Shown here piece by piece: positions 61,894-64,000 of a stretch of DNA of 64,000 nucleotides. The stretch comes from Aeromicrobium sp. (GTDB lineage Bacteria; Actinomycetota; Actinomycetes; Propionibacteriales; Nocardioidaceae), in NCBI RefSeq assembly GCF_014378035.1, contig NZ_JACMOM010000320.1, positions 1,495 through 65,494 of the forward strand, written 5' to 3'. The position numbers and the translations under genes are program-made. How positions within the stretch are numbered: position 1 is the stretch's first letter; every line of letters begins with the position of its first letter. Under the pieces are notes generated by a model. That model was given only the letters and a program-made list of their open reading frames with translations, was not told where the DNA came from and did not search any database.

Positions 61894-63639
61894 ATGCGTA
61901 TGTCCCGGTTCTTCCTCCGCACCCTTCGCGACGATCCGGCCGACGCCGAGGTGCCGAGCCACAAGCTCCTGGTGCGCGCGGGATACGTGCGGCGGGTGGC
62001 GCCGGGCATCTATTCCTGGCTTCCGCTCGGCCTGAAGGTGCTTGCCAAGGTCGAGAAGATCGTCCGCGAAGAGATGGACGCGATCGGGTCGCAGGAGGTG
62101 CGCTTCCCAGCACTGCTGCCCCGCGAGCCCTACGAGGTGTCGGGACGGTGGACCGACTACGGGCCCAACGTGTTCCGGGTCAAGGACCGCAAGGGCAACG
62201 ACATGATGCTCGGTCCGACTCACGAGGAATTCTTCACGTTGCTGGTCAAGGACCTCTACTCGTCCTACAAGGACCTGCCGCTGAGCCTCTACCAGATTCA
62301 GACGAAGTACCGCGACGAGGCGCGCCCCCGTGCGGGCATCCTGCGCGGGCGCGAGTTCATCATGAAGGACTCCTACTCCTTCGACGTCCACGACGAGGGT
62401 CTGGAGGCGTCGTACCAGGCGCACCGCGAGGCGTACGTACGCATCTTCGACCGTCTGGGGTTCGAGTACGTCATCGTGCGCGCGACGTCTGGCGCCATGG
62501 GTGGCTCGGCCAGCGAGGAGTTCCTCGCCGTCGCCGAGACCGGGGAGGACACCTTCGTCCGTTCACCCGGCGGCTACGCGGCCAATGTCGAGGCCGTCAC
62601 GACGGTCGTCCCCGACTCGATCCCGCTGGACGGGCTACCGGCAGCGCACCCGGAGCAGACTCCCGGAACCCCGACGATCGATTCACTCGTGGCGCACCTG
62701 AACGAGGCGTTCCCGCGCGACGACCGCCCCTGGGAGGCTGCCGACACCCTCAAGAACGTGCTGGTGATGCTGCGCCAGCCCGACGGTGATCGGGTGCCGC
62801 TCGCGATCGGTCTGCCCGGCAACCGCGAGGTCGACGCCAAGAGGCTCGAGGCGCACGTGGCGCCGGCAGCCGTCGAGCCTTTTGACGAAGCCGACTTCGC
62901 GGCCCATCCCGCCCTCGTCAAGGGCTACATCGGCCCCGGTGCCCTCGGTTCTGAGAGCGTGACCGGCATCCGCTACCTGACCGACCCCCGCGTCGTCGAA
63001 GGCTCACGGTGGGTCACCGGTGCCGACGTGCAGGGATCGCACGTGCTCGACCTCGTCGCGGGCCGTGACTTCGTCTCTGACGGCACGATCGAGGCCGCCG
63101 AGGTGCGTGCGGGCGATCCTGCACCCGACGGGTCAGGGCCCCTCGAGCTCGCCCGGGGCATCGAGATGGGACACATCTTCCAGCTCGGCCGGCTGTACGC
63201 CGAGGCTCTCGACCTGAAGGTGCTCGACGAGAACGGCAAGCTCGTCACGGTCACGATGGGGTCCTACGGCGTGGGCGTCTCGCGTGCCGTCGCGGCCGTC
63301 GCGGAGTACGCCCACGACGACGCCGGCCTGGTGTGGCCGCGTGAGCTGGCCCCGTTCGACATCCACCTGATCGTCGCCGGCAAGGACGAGGCAGTCGTCG
63401 CCGGGGCCGAGCAGGCCTACCTCGACCTGCAGGCCGCGGGGCTCGACGTGCTGTTCGACGATCGTCCCGGCAAGGTCTCGCTCGGCGTCAAGTTCAAGGA
63501 CGCCGAGCTGATCGGCGTACCCACCATCGTGGTCGTGGGCAAGGGCTTCGCCGACGGTTTGGTCGAGGTCAAGGACCGCGCCACGGGCGAGAAGCGCGAT
63601 GTCGAGGTCACCGCCCTGGTCGATCACCTCCGTTCCTGA
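61894..63639 (+). CDS. proS: Proline--tRNA ligase (with editing insertion)
   Basis: [58 protein letters not shown]. Confidence 0.97.
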   Translation: MRMSRFFLRTLRDDPADAEVPSHKLLVRAGYVRRVAPGIYSWLPLGLKVLAKVEKIVREEMDAIGSQEVRFPALLPREPYEVSGRWTDYGPNVFRVKDRKGNDMMLGPTHEEFFTLLVKDLYSSYKDLPLSLYQIQTKYRDEARPRAGILRGREFIMKDSYSFDVHDEGLEASYQAHREAYVRIFDRLGFEYVIVRATSGAMGGSASEEFLAVAETGEDTFVRSPGGYAANVEAVTTVVPDSIPLDGLPAAHPEQTPGTPTIDSLVAHLNEAFPRDDRPWEAADTLKNVLVMLRQPDGDRVPLAIGLPGNREVDAKRLEAHVAPAAVEPFDEADFAAHPALVKGYIGPGALGSESVTGIRYLTDPRVVEGSRWVTGADVQGSHVLDLVAGRDFVSDGTIEAAEVRAGDPAPDGSGPLELARGIEMGHIFQLGRLYAEALDLKVLDENGKLVTVTMGSYGVGVSRAVAAVAEYAHDDAGLVWPRELAPFDIHLIVAGKDEAVVAGAEQAYLDLQAAGLDVLFDDRPGKVSLGVKFKDAELIGVPTIVVVGKGFADGLVEVKDRATGEKRDVEVTALVDHLRS

Positions 63640-63666
63640 CTCCTCGGAAGCTGGGAAAGCGGGGGG

Positions 63667-64000
63667 TCAGGGGAGGCCGGGGAAGGCCTTCGCATTGCCG
63701 CCCCAGGTGAGCTCGGCCAGCGCCGCTCGGCGAAGGCCGACCGTCGCCAGGACGCGTAGGTCGCCGCTGCCTTGTCCTGCCAGGGCCAGGCAGGTCGCCG
63801 CGATCGACCGCTCGAGCCGCCGCGCCATCGACAAGGCCAGCGTCGGGGTGTCGAGCGGCCCGACGTCGTACGCGAGGGCGGTGGCCACCGGCACCACGCC
63901 ATCATCGCGGAGCCGGCCGAGTAGCCGGTCTCGATCGAGGAGATGGTTCTCGTACGAGTCGCGTGCCCGCTCGGTGAGGCGTTCGAAACGCGCTCCGATG
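63667..64000 (-). CDS. Ferritin-like DUF4439-type protein (C-terminal part; 5' end outside the window)
   Basis: Ends ...AYDVGP...LARRLE-like helix...WGGNAKAFPGL; this position after proS is common in Actinobacteria. Confidence 0.65.
   Translation of the reverse strand, partial: IGARFERLTERARDSYENHLLDRDRLLGRLRDDGVVPVATALAYDVGPLDTPTLALSMARRLERSIAATCLALAGQGSGDLRVLATVGLRRAALAELTWGGNAKAFPGLP

Overview
High-GC actinobacterial chromosome segment; the gene content and order resemble Nocardioidaceae such as Aeromicrobium, which is an inference. It is mostly the conserved core backbone: smc-ftsY-amtB-glnK-glnD-ffh, rpsP-khpA-rimM-trmD-rplS-lepB-rnhB-yraN-comM-dprA-xerC, rpsB-tsf-pyrH-frr-cdsA, rlmN, dxr-rseP-ispG and proS. 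Accessory blocks are gluconate uptake, a heterodimeric ABC exporter, a four-gene transglutaminase/amidoligase/ATP-grasp/zinc-peptidase operon, an Lrp-linked polyamine uptake and catabolism cluster, and a two-component/ABC module. I found no rRNA, tRNA, CRISPR array or transposase. The most notable observations are: (1) an identical 10-bp DnaA-box-like motif exactly 50 nt upstream of both the yraN-comM-dprA transformation operon and a tandem-M23 peptidase gene; (2) a complete predicted peptide-tagging/detagging operon; (3) a foldback element built from 21-bp palindromic repeats that supplies the stop codon of a thioesterase gene; (4) ribosomal protein S2 fused to a sunset-like domain; (5) a 9-residue ORF bridging two genes; (6) a 19-bp operator shared by the two polyamine promoter regions; and (7) a frameshifted polysaccharide deacetylase remnant. 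All protein family calls are by motif recognition from memory; no database searches were run.
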